From Candidatus Omnitrophota bacterium (GTDB lineage Bacteria; Omnitrophota; Gorgyraeia; Gorgyraeales; Gorgyraeaceae): a stretch of DNA of 64,000 bases. Below the pieces are notes generated by a model that did not search any database, was not told the DNA's origin, and saw nothing but the letters and a program-made list of their open reading frames with translations. The stretch lies in contig JBDRJN010000032.1 in assembly GCA_043814965.1 (NCBI GenBank), forward strand, positions 20,126 to 84,125, read 5' to 3'. The translations under genes were made by a program, and so were the position numbers. This document shows positions 41,783-51,080 of this stretch, piece by piece. Positions within the stretch are counted from its first letter, which is position 1. Every line of letters begins with the position of its first letter.

Positions 41783-42493
41783 TTATTCGCCTTCTTTTTT
41801 GTTCTCTTCTTTGGAAGCCTCTTCTTCAGCCTCTTCCTTTTCTTTCTTCTCCCTTATCAATTCAGGCTCCTGCGTTTCTCCTTCTTGAGGCTCTGCTGCG
41901 ACTACGTCTTCCACTGTCTTAACATGTTCAACGCTAAAAGCAACCTCTTCGGCGTCGTTCAGTATCTTTACGCCTTCAGGTGCTTTAAGATCGCTTACAT
42001 GGATAAAATCCCCTATTTTTAGATTTGTTATATCTACCACTATCTTCTCAGGGATATTGGTAGGAAGGCACTCTATGTCTACTTCCCACAATACCTGCTG
42101 CAGCACTCCTCCATCCTGTTTTACGCCGATCGCTTCGCCCTTCGCTGTCAAACGGGTCTTTACTTCGATAGTATCCGTTAAAGAGATCTCCTGAAAATCA
42201 ACATGGAGAAATATATCTTTTATGGGGTCTTTCTGGATCTCTTTTATAATAACGGTCTTTTCTTTTTCTTTTTTAGCGCCTTTGATGTGCAGCTTCAAAA
42301 TGACATTTTCTCCTGCATCTGTATGAAGGGCCGTGGCCAGGGACTTTTTATCTATCTTTAGATTTAACGTCTCTTCCCCTTTTTTGTACACTACTGCTGG
42401 AACAAGCCCTTCAGAGCGTATCTTCTTGTTTTGCTCTTTCCCTTTTTCCTCTCTCGAACTTACATTCAGATCTACAAACTCCATTTTGATCAC
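41783..42493 (-). CDS. rplY: Ribosomal protein L25 / general stress protein Ctc. Long form with an acidic/Lys-rich C-terminal tail.
   Basis: 236 aa with an L25 N-domain and a beta-barrel C-domain. It keeps the conserved glmU-prs-ctc-pth synteny. Confidence 0.8.
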   Translation of the reverse strand: MIKMEFVDLNVSSREEKGKEQNKKIRSEGLVPAVVYKKGEETLNLKIDKKSLATALHTDAGENVILKLHIKGAKKEKEKTVIIKEIQKDPIKDIFLHVDFQEISLTDTIEVKTRLTAKGEAIGVKQDGGVLQQVLWEVDIECLPTNIPEKIVVDITNLKIGDFIHVSDLKAPEGVKILNDAEEVAFSVEHVKTVEDVVAAEPQEGETQEPELIREKKEKEEAEEEASKEENKKEGE

Positions 42494-42536
42494 TCCTTTT
42501 CAGATTTCTAGTTTATTCAATATATCAGATCGATCC

Positions 42537-43481
42537 CTAGTCAAACAGGCAGCTTACTGACTCTTCATTATGGATCCTTCTTATAGCCTCCGCCAAAAGA
42601 GGGGCTATAGACAATATCTTTATTTTTTTACTTGAACTCTTCCTGCCTAACGGTATAGTGTTGGTCACGAAGATCTTTTTTATTGGAGAGTCACTTATAC
42701 GAGCCATCGCAGGCCCAGACAAGACAGGATGTGTTATCGCAGCATATACTTCTTTGGCGCCTTTTTTCTTTAAGGCGCACGCTGCTTCTGCCAAGGACCC
42801 TGCGGTTGCTACTATATCGTCTATCAGGAGCACGTTTTTCCTCTTTATCTCGTTCTCCCCTAATATGTTCATAGCCTCCGTTTCCTCGCCGCTGATCCTG
42901 CGTTTATCAACTATAGCCAGAGGCACATCAAGCCTTTTTGCATAAGCCCTGGCCATCTTTATACCTCCTACATCAGGAGATACTACAACTAGGTTTTTAA
43001 ATTTTAACTTGTTTATATAGGTAACAAAAGTATTTACTGCATACAAGTGGTCCAGCGGGATATCAAAAAACCCCTGTATCTGGCCAGCGTGCAGATCAAC
43101 TGTCAATACCCTGTTAGCCCCTGCGGTAGTTATAAGATTTGCTACAAGCTTTGCGGTTATGGGTACTCTTGGCTGGTCTTTTCGATCTTGCCTGGCGTAT
43201 CCAAAATACGGGAGAACCGCTGTTATCCTCTTTGCGGATGCCCTCTTTAGCGCATCTATGAGGATCAAGAGCTCCATTAGATTGTTATTTGCAGGAGGGC
43301 ATGTAGATTGCACTATGAACACATCTTTCCCTCTTATGTTCTCTTCTATCCTCACTCTTGTCTCGCCTTCACTAAAAGCGCCTACAAAAGCCCTACCCAG
43401 AGGCATGTTAAGATATCTGGTGATCTCTTTTGCCAGCTCTGGATTAGAATTGCCTGTAAATATAGCAGCGGTCCTGTTCAT
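42537..43481 (-). CDS. prs: Ribose-phosphate pyrophosphokinase
   Basis: 314 aa with a PRPP synthetase signature (VVSPDVGG, DDIVATAGS). Confidence 0.95.
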   Translation of the reverse strand: MNRTAAIFTGNSNPELAKEITRYLNMPLGRAFVGAFSEGETRVRIEENIRGKDVFIVQSTCPPANNNLMELLILIDALKRASAKRITAVLPYFGYARQDRKDQPRVPITAKLVANLITTAGANRVLTVDLHAGQIQGFFDIPLDHLYAVNTFVTYINKLKFKNLVVVSPDVGGIKMARAYAKRLDVPLAIVDKRRISGEETEAMNILGENEIKRKNVLLIDDIVATAGSLAEAACALKKKGAKEVYAAITHPVLSGPAMARISDSPIKKIFVTNTIPLGRKSSSKKIKILSIAPLLAEAIRRIHNEESVSCLFD

Positions 43482-43492
43482 AATCTTGCTCC

Positions 43493-44758
43493 TTATTTAT
43501 TTTTATTCTTTTTTAATATTTTTGCGGGTATACCGACTACGGTTTTACCTGCAGGAACGTTCTTATTTTTAGTGATGACACTCCCTGCCCCTGTAGTAGC
43601 GCCCTTGCCTATTTTAACAGGTGCCACTAAAATACTGCCTGAACCAATAAACGCAAAATCATCTATGACAGTTTTATACTTATGGTTTCCATCATAGTTG
43701 GCAACTATAGTACCTGCTCCTATATTGACGGATTTTCCTATTACAGTGTCCCCTAAATAACACTGGTGGCTTATCTTTGTATTGCTTCCTACTCTTGTCC
43801 TGACTAGTTCAGCAAAATTGCCTATTTTTACATTTTTGTCAACTATTGTCCCTGAACGAAGCCTTGCGGATGGGCCTATTTTACACCCTTCGGCTATTTT
43901 AACACCGCTTTCTATAAAAGTATAGGGATATATAATAGTATCTTTTTTGATCTCAACCCCTTCTTCTATATATGTATTTGAAGGGTCTATTATCGTAACG
44001 CCTCCTTCCATAAGGCGTGACTCTATCCTATCCTTCACGATCTGGCCAGCTTTTATTAGATCCTTTCTTGTGTTTATCCCCAAAAACTCCTCTTCGTTAT
44101 CTGTAGAGACTGATTCGATGATACAGCTTGATCTGGACAATATTTCTATAACGTCTGTCAAATAATATTCTTGTTTTTTATTAAAAGGCTTTATCTTGCT
44201 AAGCGCGTCGAAAAGCACGTCCTTCTTGAAGCAATACACCCCCACATTGACCTCTTCTTTTACTTTGTCATAGATCTCCGCGTCTAGCTCTTCGACTATC
44301 TTGACGATCTTATTGTCTCCGGAACGCAAGATCCTACCATATCCAGTGGGATTTTTCAAGCAGCAAGTCAAAAGCGTACAATCTGCATTTCTGGATAGGT
44401 GCTTGTCTATTATTTTCTCTAATATCTCCTTTGTCAAAAGAGGGGTGTCTCCGTAAGACACCAATACAGATTCTATATCCTTATTTTTAAATACAAGCTT
44501 TTTGGCGCTCAAAACAGCATCTCCTGTGCCAAGCATCTCTTTTTGTATGGCGCATTCAAGCCCTGGTAAAGCAGCTTGTACTTCCCTGGCCTTATAGCCC
44601 ACGACCACTACGATATCCTTTATGCCTATTGATCTTATAGTATCTACAGAATACCCTATCATCGGCTTGCCGCATATAGGATGCAATACCTTTGGAAGAT
44701 CGGACTTCATCCTTGTGCCTTCTCCCGCAGCTAAGATAATTGATATAATTTTATTCAT
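43493..44758 (-). CDS. glmU: Bifunctional GlcNAc-1-phosphate uridyltransferase / GlcN-1-phosphate acetyltransferase
   Basis: 421 aa with an N-terminal nucleotidyltransferase (LAAGEGTRM) and a C-terminal LbH acetyltransferase. Confidence 0.9.
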   Translation of the reverse strand: MNKIISIILAAGEGTRMKSDLPKVLHPICGKPMIGYSVDTIRSIGIKDIVVVVGYKAREVQAALPGLECAIQKEMLGTGDAVLSAKKLVFKNKDIESVLVSYGDTPLLTKEILEKIIDKHLSRNADCTLLTCCLKNPTGYGRILRSGDNKIVKIVEELDAEIYDKVKEEVNVGVYCFKKDVLFDALSKIKPFNKKQEYYLTDVIEILSRSSCIIESVSTDNEEEFLGINTRKDLIKAGQIVKDRIESRLMEGGVTIIDPSNTYIEEGVEIKKDTIIYPYTFIESGVKIAEGCKIGPSARLRSGTIVDKNVKIGNFAELVRTRVGSNTKISHQCYLGDTVIGKSVNIGAGTIVANYDGNHKYKTVIDDFAFIGSGSILVAPVKIGKGATTGAGSVITKNKNVPAGKTVVGIPAKILKKNKNK

Positions 44759-44782
44759 AACCCGTACTCCGTAACCCGAAAT

Positions 44783-44856
44783 TGGCTGCCCGGCTAGGAT
44801 TCGAACCTAGAAACTCAGCTCCAAAAGCTGATGTGTTACCATTACACTACCAGGCA
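44783..44856 (-). tRNA. tRNA-Gln (anticodon UUG)
   Basis: A minus-strand cloverleaf. The anticodon stem-loop is cagcTTTTGGAgctg, the T-arm GGTTCGAATCC, and the 3' end is encoded as GCCA. Confidence 0.8.
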
Positions 44857-44879
44857 TTATCTAATCAGTCTACACCTAT

Positions 44880-45299
44880 TTAGTATTCTTCGGAAGCCCC
44901 TGAAACTATAGGGCCCTTTTTTCTCTCAGTCTCATAAGCTGCCAATACCTTCTTTTGGATCATATCCCTGCATTCAGCAGTTATAGGATGGGCTATATCC
45001 TTATGCTCTGATTGTCTGGCATCAGCCTGTTCTTCAGGCGTATGGGTCTCTCTTTGGGTAACCGGCAAGCCTGCCCCGCAAACATTGCAAAACTTGCTCC
45101 TGACTTCATTCTTGTGAGAACATTTTGGGCAAGCATATTTCATCTTCCTGGACGGCATCGCTACAAAAAGACCACCTTTTCCTTCTATGATCTTGATGTT
45201 CCTGACAACAAAAACATTGTCTATGGTTATAGTAGCATATGCCTTTAGCTTGTTGTTCAACCCTTCCTTAGGAAATATCCTGATCTCGGTTATCTCCAT
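44880..45299 (-). CDS. spoVG: SpoVG-family protein carrying an inserted 4-Cys zinc ribbon
   Basis: The SpoVG core runs MEITEIRIF...GGLFVAMPSRKM ... DIAHPITAECRDMIQKKVLAAYE. Between the two halves sits a ~45-aa insert containing CPKC...CNVC. Confidence 0.8.
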   Translation of the reverse strand: MEITEIRIFPKEGLNNKLKAYATITIDNVFVVRNIKIIEGKGGLFVAMPSRKMKYACPKCSHKNEVRSKFCNVCGAGLPVTQRETHTPEEQADARQSEHKDIAHPITAECRDMIQKKVLAAYETERKKGPIVSGASEEY

Positions 45300-46170
45300 A
45301 GATGCCTCCTTTGTAAGTTGTAGCCACTAATACATCCAAAGTTGTTTCATTAGATAATCGCTTTGATATACCAAGCGCCTTCTCTCTTTGCGTAACTGTA
45401 CAAAAAACCGAAGGCCCGCTCCCGGATAAGTGCCCGGGAGTATGAGCTACGTTCAAAAATAATGACTTTATCTCACAAACTTTTTCTCTGTAAACACCCA
45501 AAGACCCTTCAAAAGAATTAAAATAATTTTCATTTACTAAAGATATATCTTTTTTTTTCAAAGCATCCGCTAGCTTGTCAATATCTTTTCTATCAACTGC
45601 TTTTTCAGAGTCATCAAACCTTTCGTATGCCTCAGCGGTTGATATAGAAATATCTGGTTTTATGATCACATGGGATAATGTGTGGCCTATATCTAATGGC
45701 TCCAGGATCTCTCCTGTTCCGCTGCCCATGGCAAACGGATAGTCCATCATAAAAAATGGTACGTCCTTTCCTAAACTTCCTGCTATTGAAAAAAGCCTGT
45801 CTTCCGGAATGCCTAGTTTGAGTATTTTATTGATTGATCTCAACGCTGTGGCTGCATCGCTAGAGCCTCCGCCCAGTCCAGCTGAAACAGGGATATTCTT
45901 TTTAATATCTATTTCCAGGCCTATATCGACTCCTGCCTCTTTCAATAATATACTAGCGGCCTTGTAGACAATATTATCTTTTCCCCCAGGGCATGTAGGC
46001 GGTATCACATTTACTTTGATGCTATTGCCTTTTACTCTGATAAAAATCTCGTCTAAAAGGTCTATTTTTTCAAAGAGCGTTTTTATATTATGAAAACCAT
46101 CCAGCCTTTTCTCTAAAACATCAAGATATAAGTTCAGTTTCGCTGGTGCGTATAATTTTATCGCTTGCAT
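45268..46170 (-). CDS. ispE: 4-diphosphocytidyl-2-C-methyl-D-erythritol kinase
   Basis: 300 aa of the GHMP kinase family (PAKLNLYLDV, GLGGGSSDAAA). Confidence 0.85.
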   Translation of the reverse strand: MQAIKLYAPAKLNLYLDVLEKRLDGFHNIKTLFEKIDLLDEIFIRVKGNSIKVNVIPPTCPGGKDNIVYKAASILLKEAGVDIGLEIDIKKNIPVSAGLGGGSSDAATALRSINKILKLGIPEDRLFSIAGSLGKDVPFFMMDYPFAMGSGTGEILEPLDIGHTLSHVIIKPDISISTAEAYERFDDSEKAVDRKDIDKLADALKKKDISLVNENYFNSFEGSLGVYREKVCEIKSLFLNVAHTPGHLSGSGPSVFCTVTQREKALGISKRLSNETTLDVLVATTYKGGIYGDNRDQDIS

Positions 46171-47105
46171 CCTTTTCTCTTTATAACACGCTTTGCTGCT
46201 TCTTTTATATCTTCTGCTGTAAGGCCGAACAGTTTGAAAAGTTCTTTTGCTGAACCAGATTCCCCGAACTTGTCTTTCACTCCAATAAATTCGATCGGTA
46301 CAGGATAGTTCTCGGCCAAGATCTCGCTTACAATGCTGCCAAGCCCTCCGAACACCGAATGCTCTTCCGCAGTCACTATGGCATTAGTCTCTCTTGCGGC
46401 CTTGATCACAGCTTCTTTATCGATCGGCTTGAGAGTGTGTATATTTATAACCTTGCTGGAAATACCTTCTTTTTTCAATAGATCATGCGCCATCAATGCC
46501 TCGCATACCTCATTGCCGCAAGCCATAATAGTCACGTCTTCCCCTTCTCTCAATATATATGCCTTTCCTATTTCAAAAGGGTCTTCTGGTCTTGTGAGAA
46601 CAGGGCTTCCGCTCCTGCCGAGCCTTATATAGACCGGGCCATTATGCGAAGCGCATTTAATGGTCGCCTTTTTAGCCTCCAGCCAATCGCAAGGGACAAT
46701 GACAGTCATATTCGGCAAAACTCTCATAAGCGCTACTTCTTCTATTGCCTGATGAGTAGGGCCATCCGGGCCTACAGATATGCCGCCATGGGTACCTATG
46801 ATCTTCACATTTAGATTCATATAAGCTACTGAAACCCTTATCTGGTCCCAGGCCCTTCCTGCCGCAAAGACACCGAATGTGCACGCAAAAGGGGTCTTTC
46901 CGGAAAGCGCAAGGCCGCTAGCCGTAGATATCATGTCCTGCTCGCTTACTCCCATAGAAAAAAATCTCTCTGGAAACTTATCCTTAAACCATCCTGCCCT
47001 TGTAGATTCTGTCAGATCTGCCGAAAGGACAACTATATCTTGCCTCTTTTCTCCTAATTCTACAACCCCTTCGCCAAAACCATCTCTTGTCGGTCTATCA
47101 GTCAT
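46158..47105 (-). CDS. Transketolase, C-terminal subunit (split form)
   Basis: 315 aa containing the pyrimidine-binding and C-terminal transketolase domains. Confidence 0.9.
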   Translation of the reverse strand: MTDRPTRDGFGEGVVELGEKRQDIVVLSADLTESTRAGWFKDKFPERFFSMGVSEQDMISTASGLALSGKTPFACTFGVFAAGRAWDQIRVSVAYMNLNVKIIGTHGGISVGPDGPTHQAIEEVALMRVLPNMTVIVPCDWLEAKKATIKCASHNGPVYIRLGRSGSPVLTRPEDPFEIGKAYILREGEDVTIMACGNEVCEALMAHDLLKKEGISSKVINIHTLKPIDKEAVIKAARETNAIVTAEEHSVFGGLGSIVSEILAENYPVPIEFIGVKDKFGESGSAKELFKLFGLTAEDIKEAAKRVIKRKGCKR

Positions 47106-47106
47106 A

Positions 47107-47937
47107 TTAGCAACCTGTCTTTTCGAGTTCTTTCAGTGCCTTCTGTAGCTCTTCATCCGTAGGAGCCATACCATGGAACCTATTACAATTTTCAATAAAA
47201 GATACCCCTTTACCTTTTACAGTATGAGCAAGTATTACAGTAGGCTGCCCTTTTATGGTATCAGCCTTGTCATACGCGCTCATCACCTCTTTCAAGTTGT
47301 GTCCGTCTATCTCTATGACATGCCAGCCGAATGCCTTCCACTTTTCATCAAGCGGCTCTATATTTTTTACTTCTTCTGTTCTCCCATCTATCTGAAACTT
47401 ATTGAAATCCACTATACCGCATACATTGTCAAGCTTATAATGAGCCGCTGTCATGGCAGCTTCCCATATCTGCCCTTCGTCCAACTCCCCGTCGCCCATA
47501 GCACAATATACCTTTTTTGTTTCTTTGTTCAATCTCGCGCCTAAAGCAAAACCATTGGCAATAGAAAGCCCCTGCCCCAAAGAACCGCTTGAAACCTCTA
47601 TGCCTGGAAGCCCTCTTTGTGGATGGCCCTGAAGCCGAGTGCCCAACTTTCTTAACGTACAGAGTTCTTTCTTGCCAAAAAAATTCATATGCGCGAGTGT
47701 CGCGTACAACGCAGGACAGCCATGGCCTTTTGATAGAATAAATATGTCCCGCGTATTGCACAAGGGTTTATCCGGCTCGCATTTAAATTTATAAAAATAA
47801 AGTCCTACCAGTATCTCTACAAGAGAAAGCGATCCCCCCGTGTGCCCAGAACCAGCACAGTTAAGCATCTTAAGTATATCTATCCTTATCTCTCTTGCTA
47901 TATTTTCTAAAGTCTTCGTGGATGGGCTTGTTTTCAT
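47107..47937 (-). CDS. Transketolase, N-terminal TPP-binding subunit (split form)
   Basis: 276 aa with the GHTGGSLS and GDGELDEGQ TPP motifs. Confidence 0.9.
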   Translation of the reverse strand: MKTSPSTKTLENIAREIRIDILKMLNCAGSGHTGGSLSLVEILVGLYFYKFKCEPDKPLCNTRDIFILSKGHGCPALYATLAHMNFFGKKELCTLRKLGTRLQGHPQRGLPGIEVSSGSLGQGLSIANGFALGARLNKETKKVYCAMGDGELDEGQIWEAAMTAAHYKLDNVCGIVDFNKFQIDGRTEEVKNIEPLDEKWKAFGWHVIEIDGHNLKEVMSAYDKADTIKGQPTVILAHTVKGKGVSFIENCNRFHGMAPTDEELQKALKELEKTGC

Positions 47938-49505
47938 TTTTTATCCATTCTTGATTGTTCATCCTGTTTTAAATCTTCTAATTTTTTCTTTACCTCTTCT
48001 CTATTGTTCAGCGCAAAAGATATGGCCCAAGCCTCTTCTGCTTTTTCAAATTCTCCGGTCTTACAATATACATCTCCGAGATGCTCGTATATTATGGGGT
48101 CATTGTTCAACAACTCTCTCGCCTTTTCCAGCTTTTCTTTGGCTTCTTTGAACATGCTTTTTCTAAAATAAACCCAGCCAAGGCTATCTATATAAGCAGC
48201 ATTTTCAGGGTCTAGCTTTAAGGCCTTTTGTATAAGGTCATGGGCCTCGTCTAGATTGATATTTTCCTCCGAATATATATAACCAAGATAATTCAATGCC
48301 TCAGCATCATCCGGGTTCAGCTCTACAGATCTTTTTAAATTTGTTATAGCTTCTTTTCTTTGCTCAGTATCTTCCAGCATTGCCCCTAGATAGAAATAAG
48401 CCTTTCCATTAAACGGGTCTATCTCTATGCTTTTTTTATACTCTTCTATAGCCTTGTTCTTATCGTCCTTCTCGCTATAACAAAACCCTAGCGCCATATA
48501 TATGTCTTCTCTCCTCTTACCTAAGATCAATGCCTCTTCCAGCGTAGCTATCGCATCATCTATCCTGGAACCAGCGACATACATATAACTAAGTTCTATA
48601 TAAGGCACTACTTCTTCAGGGTCGGACTTTAATAGTTTTTTATACTGGAAGATCGCCTCTTCCATATCATCCATGCGAAAATATAACTGGCCCAACTGCC
48701 TATGAAGTTTTGTATTAGCAGGGTCTAGTTTCAAGGATTCCTGGTAATACTTGGCTGCGTCTTCTAGGTCATTGTTCAATTCACTCAACACTGCCAATGC
48801 TAAGATAGCCTCCAAATAATCAGGCTTTAGCTCAGTTGCTTTCTTGAGTTCTTTTATGGCATCCGGCATCTTAGATGCCCTTGCATAAATAATCGCTAAA
48901 TTAAAATGAAGAAGCGGGGAATCCTCTTTCCCGCTTATAAGTTTTTTGTATACCTCTATGGCCTTGTCTAAGTCATCCCCTAATATATATATATCGGCTA
49001 GAGAAGTTACAGCTGCAAGATCTCCTGGGTCTTTCTTTAAGATCTCTTCATATTCCCTTGCAGCCTTATCGTATTCTCCTTTAGAGCTATATATAAGGGC
49101 TAGGACAAGTCTTGCTCTTGAATGCTGAGGGTCAAGTTCGACTGCCTTTTTAAGCTCTAGCTCTGATTCATCTAGTTTGCCTAATTTAACGTATGAGGCA
49201 CCCAATTTGTAACGCAAAAAAGCTGAGGCGGGGTCAAGTTCGACTGCCTTGAGATATTCCCCTAAAGCATCTTTAGATTTGCCTTCGTTATCATACACCA
49301 TACCCATTGAATAATGGGCATAGGCCTTAGGAGATACTGGAGGAAAATCTTTGCTTTCTTCTGCTATCTTTAAGATCTCTCTACTGGAGGGGCCTTTTAT
49401 TGTCGAGTGCTTTTTAAGCCCAGCATTAGATGCACAGCCCCATATTCCTAAAGCTAAAATTCCAATTAAAACTAAGGTCTTAAGCTGTCTTGAAGTCATC
49501 GCCAC
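47934..49505 (-). CDS. TPR-repeat lipoprotein
   Basis: 523 aa with a lipoprotein-like signal ending ...LGIWGC, followed by more than 10 TPR repeats. Confidence 0.7.
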   Translation of the reverse strand: MAMTSRQLKTLVLIGILALGIWGCASNAGLKKHSTIKGPSSREILKIAEESKDFPPVSPKAYAHYSMGMVYDNEGKSKDALGEYLKAVELDPASAFLRYKLGASYVKLGKLDESELELKKAVELDPQHSRARLVLALIYSSKGEYDKAAREYEEILKKDPGDLAAVTSLADIYILGDDLDKAIEVYKKLISGKEDSPLLHFNLAIIYARASKMPDAIKELKKATELKPDYLEAILALAVLSELNNDLEDAAKYYQESLKLDPANTKLHRQLGQLYFRMDDMEEAIFQYKKLLKSDPEEVVPYIELSYMYVAGSRIDDAIATLEEALILGKRREDIYMALGFCYSEKDDKNKAIEEYKKSIEIDPFNGKAYFYLGAMLEDTEQRKEAITNLKRSVELNPDDAEALNYLGYIYSEENINLDEAHDLIQKALKLDPENAAYIDSLGWVYFRKSMFKEAKEKLEKARELLNNDPIIYEHLGDVYCKTGEFEKAEEAWAISFALNNREEVKKKLEDLKQDEQSRMDKK

Positions 49506-49541
49506 TGATGAAGATAAACCAAGATATTATCTTAGGTTACC

Positions 49542-49637
49542 CTATCGTTCTTTCTTCTTGTGTCTATCTCTTCTGCGTCTCTTCTTTCTCTTATGAGTAG
49601 AGATCTTTCTTCTTTTTCTTTTACGCCCGCAAGGCAT
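49542..49637 (-). CDS. 31-aa hyper-basic peptide (MPCGRKRKRRKISTHKRKKRRRRDRHKKKER). Possibly a bS22/THX-like small ribosomal or nucleic-acid-binding protein.
   Basis: The ORF track did not list it. A perfect AGGAGG SD lies 7 nt upstream of the ATG. It is tightly nested between the hisG stop and the TPR gene start on the same strand. About 70% of residues are Lys/Arg. Confidence 0.35.
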   Translation of the reverse strand: MPCGRKRKRRKISTHKRKKRRRRDRHKKKER

Positions 49638-49659
49638 ATTGATACCTCCTAAAACTTCT

Positions 49660-50532
49660 TCAACAAATAACTTTATTTAATGGGTACTCTATTATCCCTT
49701 GAGCACCTTGTTGTTTTAATTTGGGTATGATGGTCCTGACTATTGATTCGTCGACGATAGTCTCTATCGCGCACCAACCCTTTTGTGAAAGCTTTGATAT
49801 GGTAGGTTTTTTCATGGCAGGGAGGTTTGATATGAGCTTTTTAAGGTTCTTCTCCTCGATATTCATCTTAAGCCCGACTTTTTCTTCTGCCTGCAAGGCC
49901 CCCTGCAATAATAGAGCTATTTGTTCGATCTTTTGTCTCTTCCACTTATCCTTAAAGCTTTCCTTGTTGGCTACCATGAGTGTCGTGGATTCGCACAGAG
50001 TATCGACTATACGGAGATTGTTCGCCCGCAAGCTCGCCCCTGTCTCAGTAAGCTCTACTATCGCATCCACCAGCCCTGCTGAGACTTTTGCCTCGGTAGC
50101 GCCCCAGCTGAATTCTATATCAACGTCTATTTTTTTCTTCTTAAAATACTCTCTTGTAACATTTACAAGTTCTGTTGCTATACGTTTTCCCTGAAGGTCC
50201 TTTGGGGTCTTTATCTTTGAATCATTCGGCACTGCGAGTACCCATCGGACCGGCCTCAAACCTTGTTTTCCGTAAACAAGCTGGCAGACTTTTACAACGC
50301 TCCTGCCGCTTTCGTTGGTCCAGTCTTCTCCTGTGATCCCGCAGTCAAGCGCGCCATCAGCTACATATCGCGCCATCTCCTGCGCCCTCAAAAGGAATGG
50401 CTTGATCTCGTCATCATCTATTAATGGAAAATAACTCCTGGAGGATATAGATACATTAAACCCTGCTTTTTTAAACATTCTGCAAGTAGCCTCTTCCAGG
50501 CTACCCTTAGGAAGACCAAGTTTTAAACTCAT
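49660..50532 (-). CDS. hisG: ATP phosphoribosyltransferase (long form)
   Basis: 290 aa with a HisG catalytic domain plus a C-terminal regulatory domain. Confidence 0.9.
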   Translation of the reverse strand: MSLKLGLPKGSLEEATCRMFKKAGFNVSISSRSYFPLIDDDEIKPFLLRAQEMARYVADGALDCGITGEDWTNESGRSVVKVCQLVYGKQGLRPVRWVLAVPNDSKIKTPKDLQGKRIATELVNVTREYFKKKKIDVDIEFSWGATEAKVSAGLVDAIVELTETGASLRANNLRIVDTLCESTTLMVANKESFKDKWKRQKIEQIALLLQGALQAEEKVGLKMNIEEKNLKKLISNLPAMKKPTISKLSQKGWCAIETIVDESIVRTIIPKLKQQGAQGIIEYPLNKVIC

Positions 50533-50659
50533 CTTTTAAGTCCTTTTTCTTATTCTTTCTAGAATATAGTTTTTTGCTCTTCTTGACCCTTGTCTTAGGG
50601 TCTATGGACCAAGACCTGCGTATTTTTACTGGCCTTGCCTTTTTTACCATAGCGAAGCT

Positions 50660-50688
50660 ATTATACAGGTAAGGTATTGTTTTGTAAA
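50660..50688 (-). promoter_or_regulatory. Near-consensus sigma-70 promoter for hisG
   Basis: On the minus strand: TTTACA, a 17-nt spacer, then TATAAT, ~125 nt upstream of the hisG ATG. Confidence 0.5.
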
Positions 50689-50717
50689 GTGGAAATTTTA
50701 AGGGGTGTTTTCCACAA

Positions 50718-50750
50718 TGTAGGGGAGCCTTAAGGCTCCCCTACATTTTT
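50718..50750 (+). terminator. Orphan intrinsic terminator with plus-strand polarity
   Basis: Perfect 12-bp stem (TGTAGGGGAGCC-TTAA-GGCTCCCCTACA) followed by TTTTT on the plus strand. No plus-strand ORF lies upstream of it. Confidence 0.45.
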
Positions 50751-50927
50751 CGGTAAGTATTACCTGCTTTTTCTAAGCTTACGCTCTTGTGTTCTTAGTT
50801 TTTTCTTGATTATCTTTAATAAAAGGTAGGCCCTGACTTTACTTATCCTAAAAAATTTATGTTGTTGTTTCTTTGGTTGTAGAGCTGGCATTTATATTTT
50901 TTATACTATCCTTTTGTATTGTACGTC

Positions 50928-51005
50928 TGGCGTCCCCAACCGGATTCGAACCGGTGTCGTCAGATCGAAAATCTGATGTCCTAGGCCAGACTAGACGATG
51001 GGGAC
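50928..51005 (-). tRNA. tRNA-Glu (anticodon UUC)
   Basis: A minus-strand cloverleaf. The anticodon stem-loop is tcagaTTTTCGAtctga, the T-arm ACCGGTTCGAATCCGGT, and the 3' end is CCA. The 5' boundary is approximate. Confidence 0.75.
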
Positions 51006-51080
51006 GCATAGCGTAGGGGACACTTTAGTGTCCCAAAACATATTTAATAAGTCTATATTTTAAAGATCTATTTGTCAGAG

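Noticed and set aside
51006-51080. Hairpin GGGACAC-TTTA-GTGTCCC between gyrA and tRNA-Glu as a terminator
   Set aside because: There is no U tract on either strand next to the stem. It may be a processing signal, but it is not supported as a terminator.
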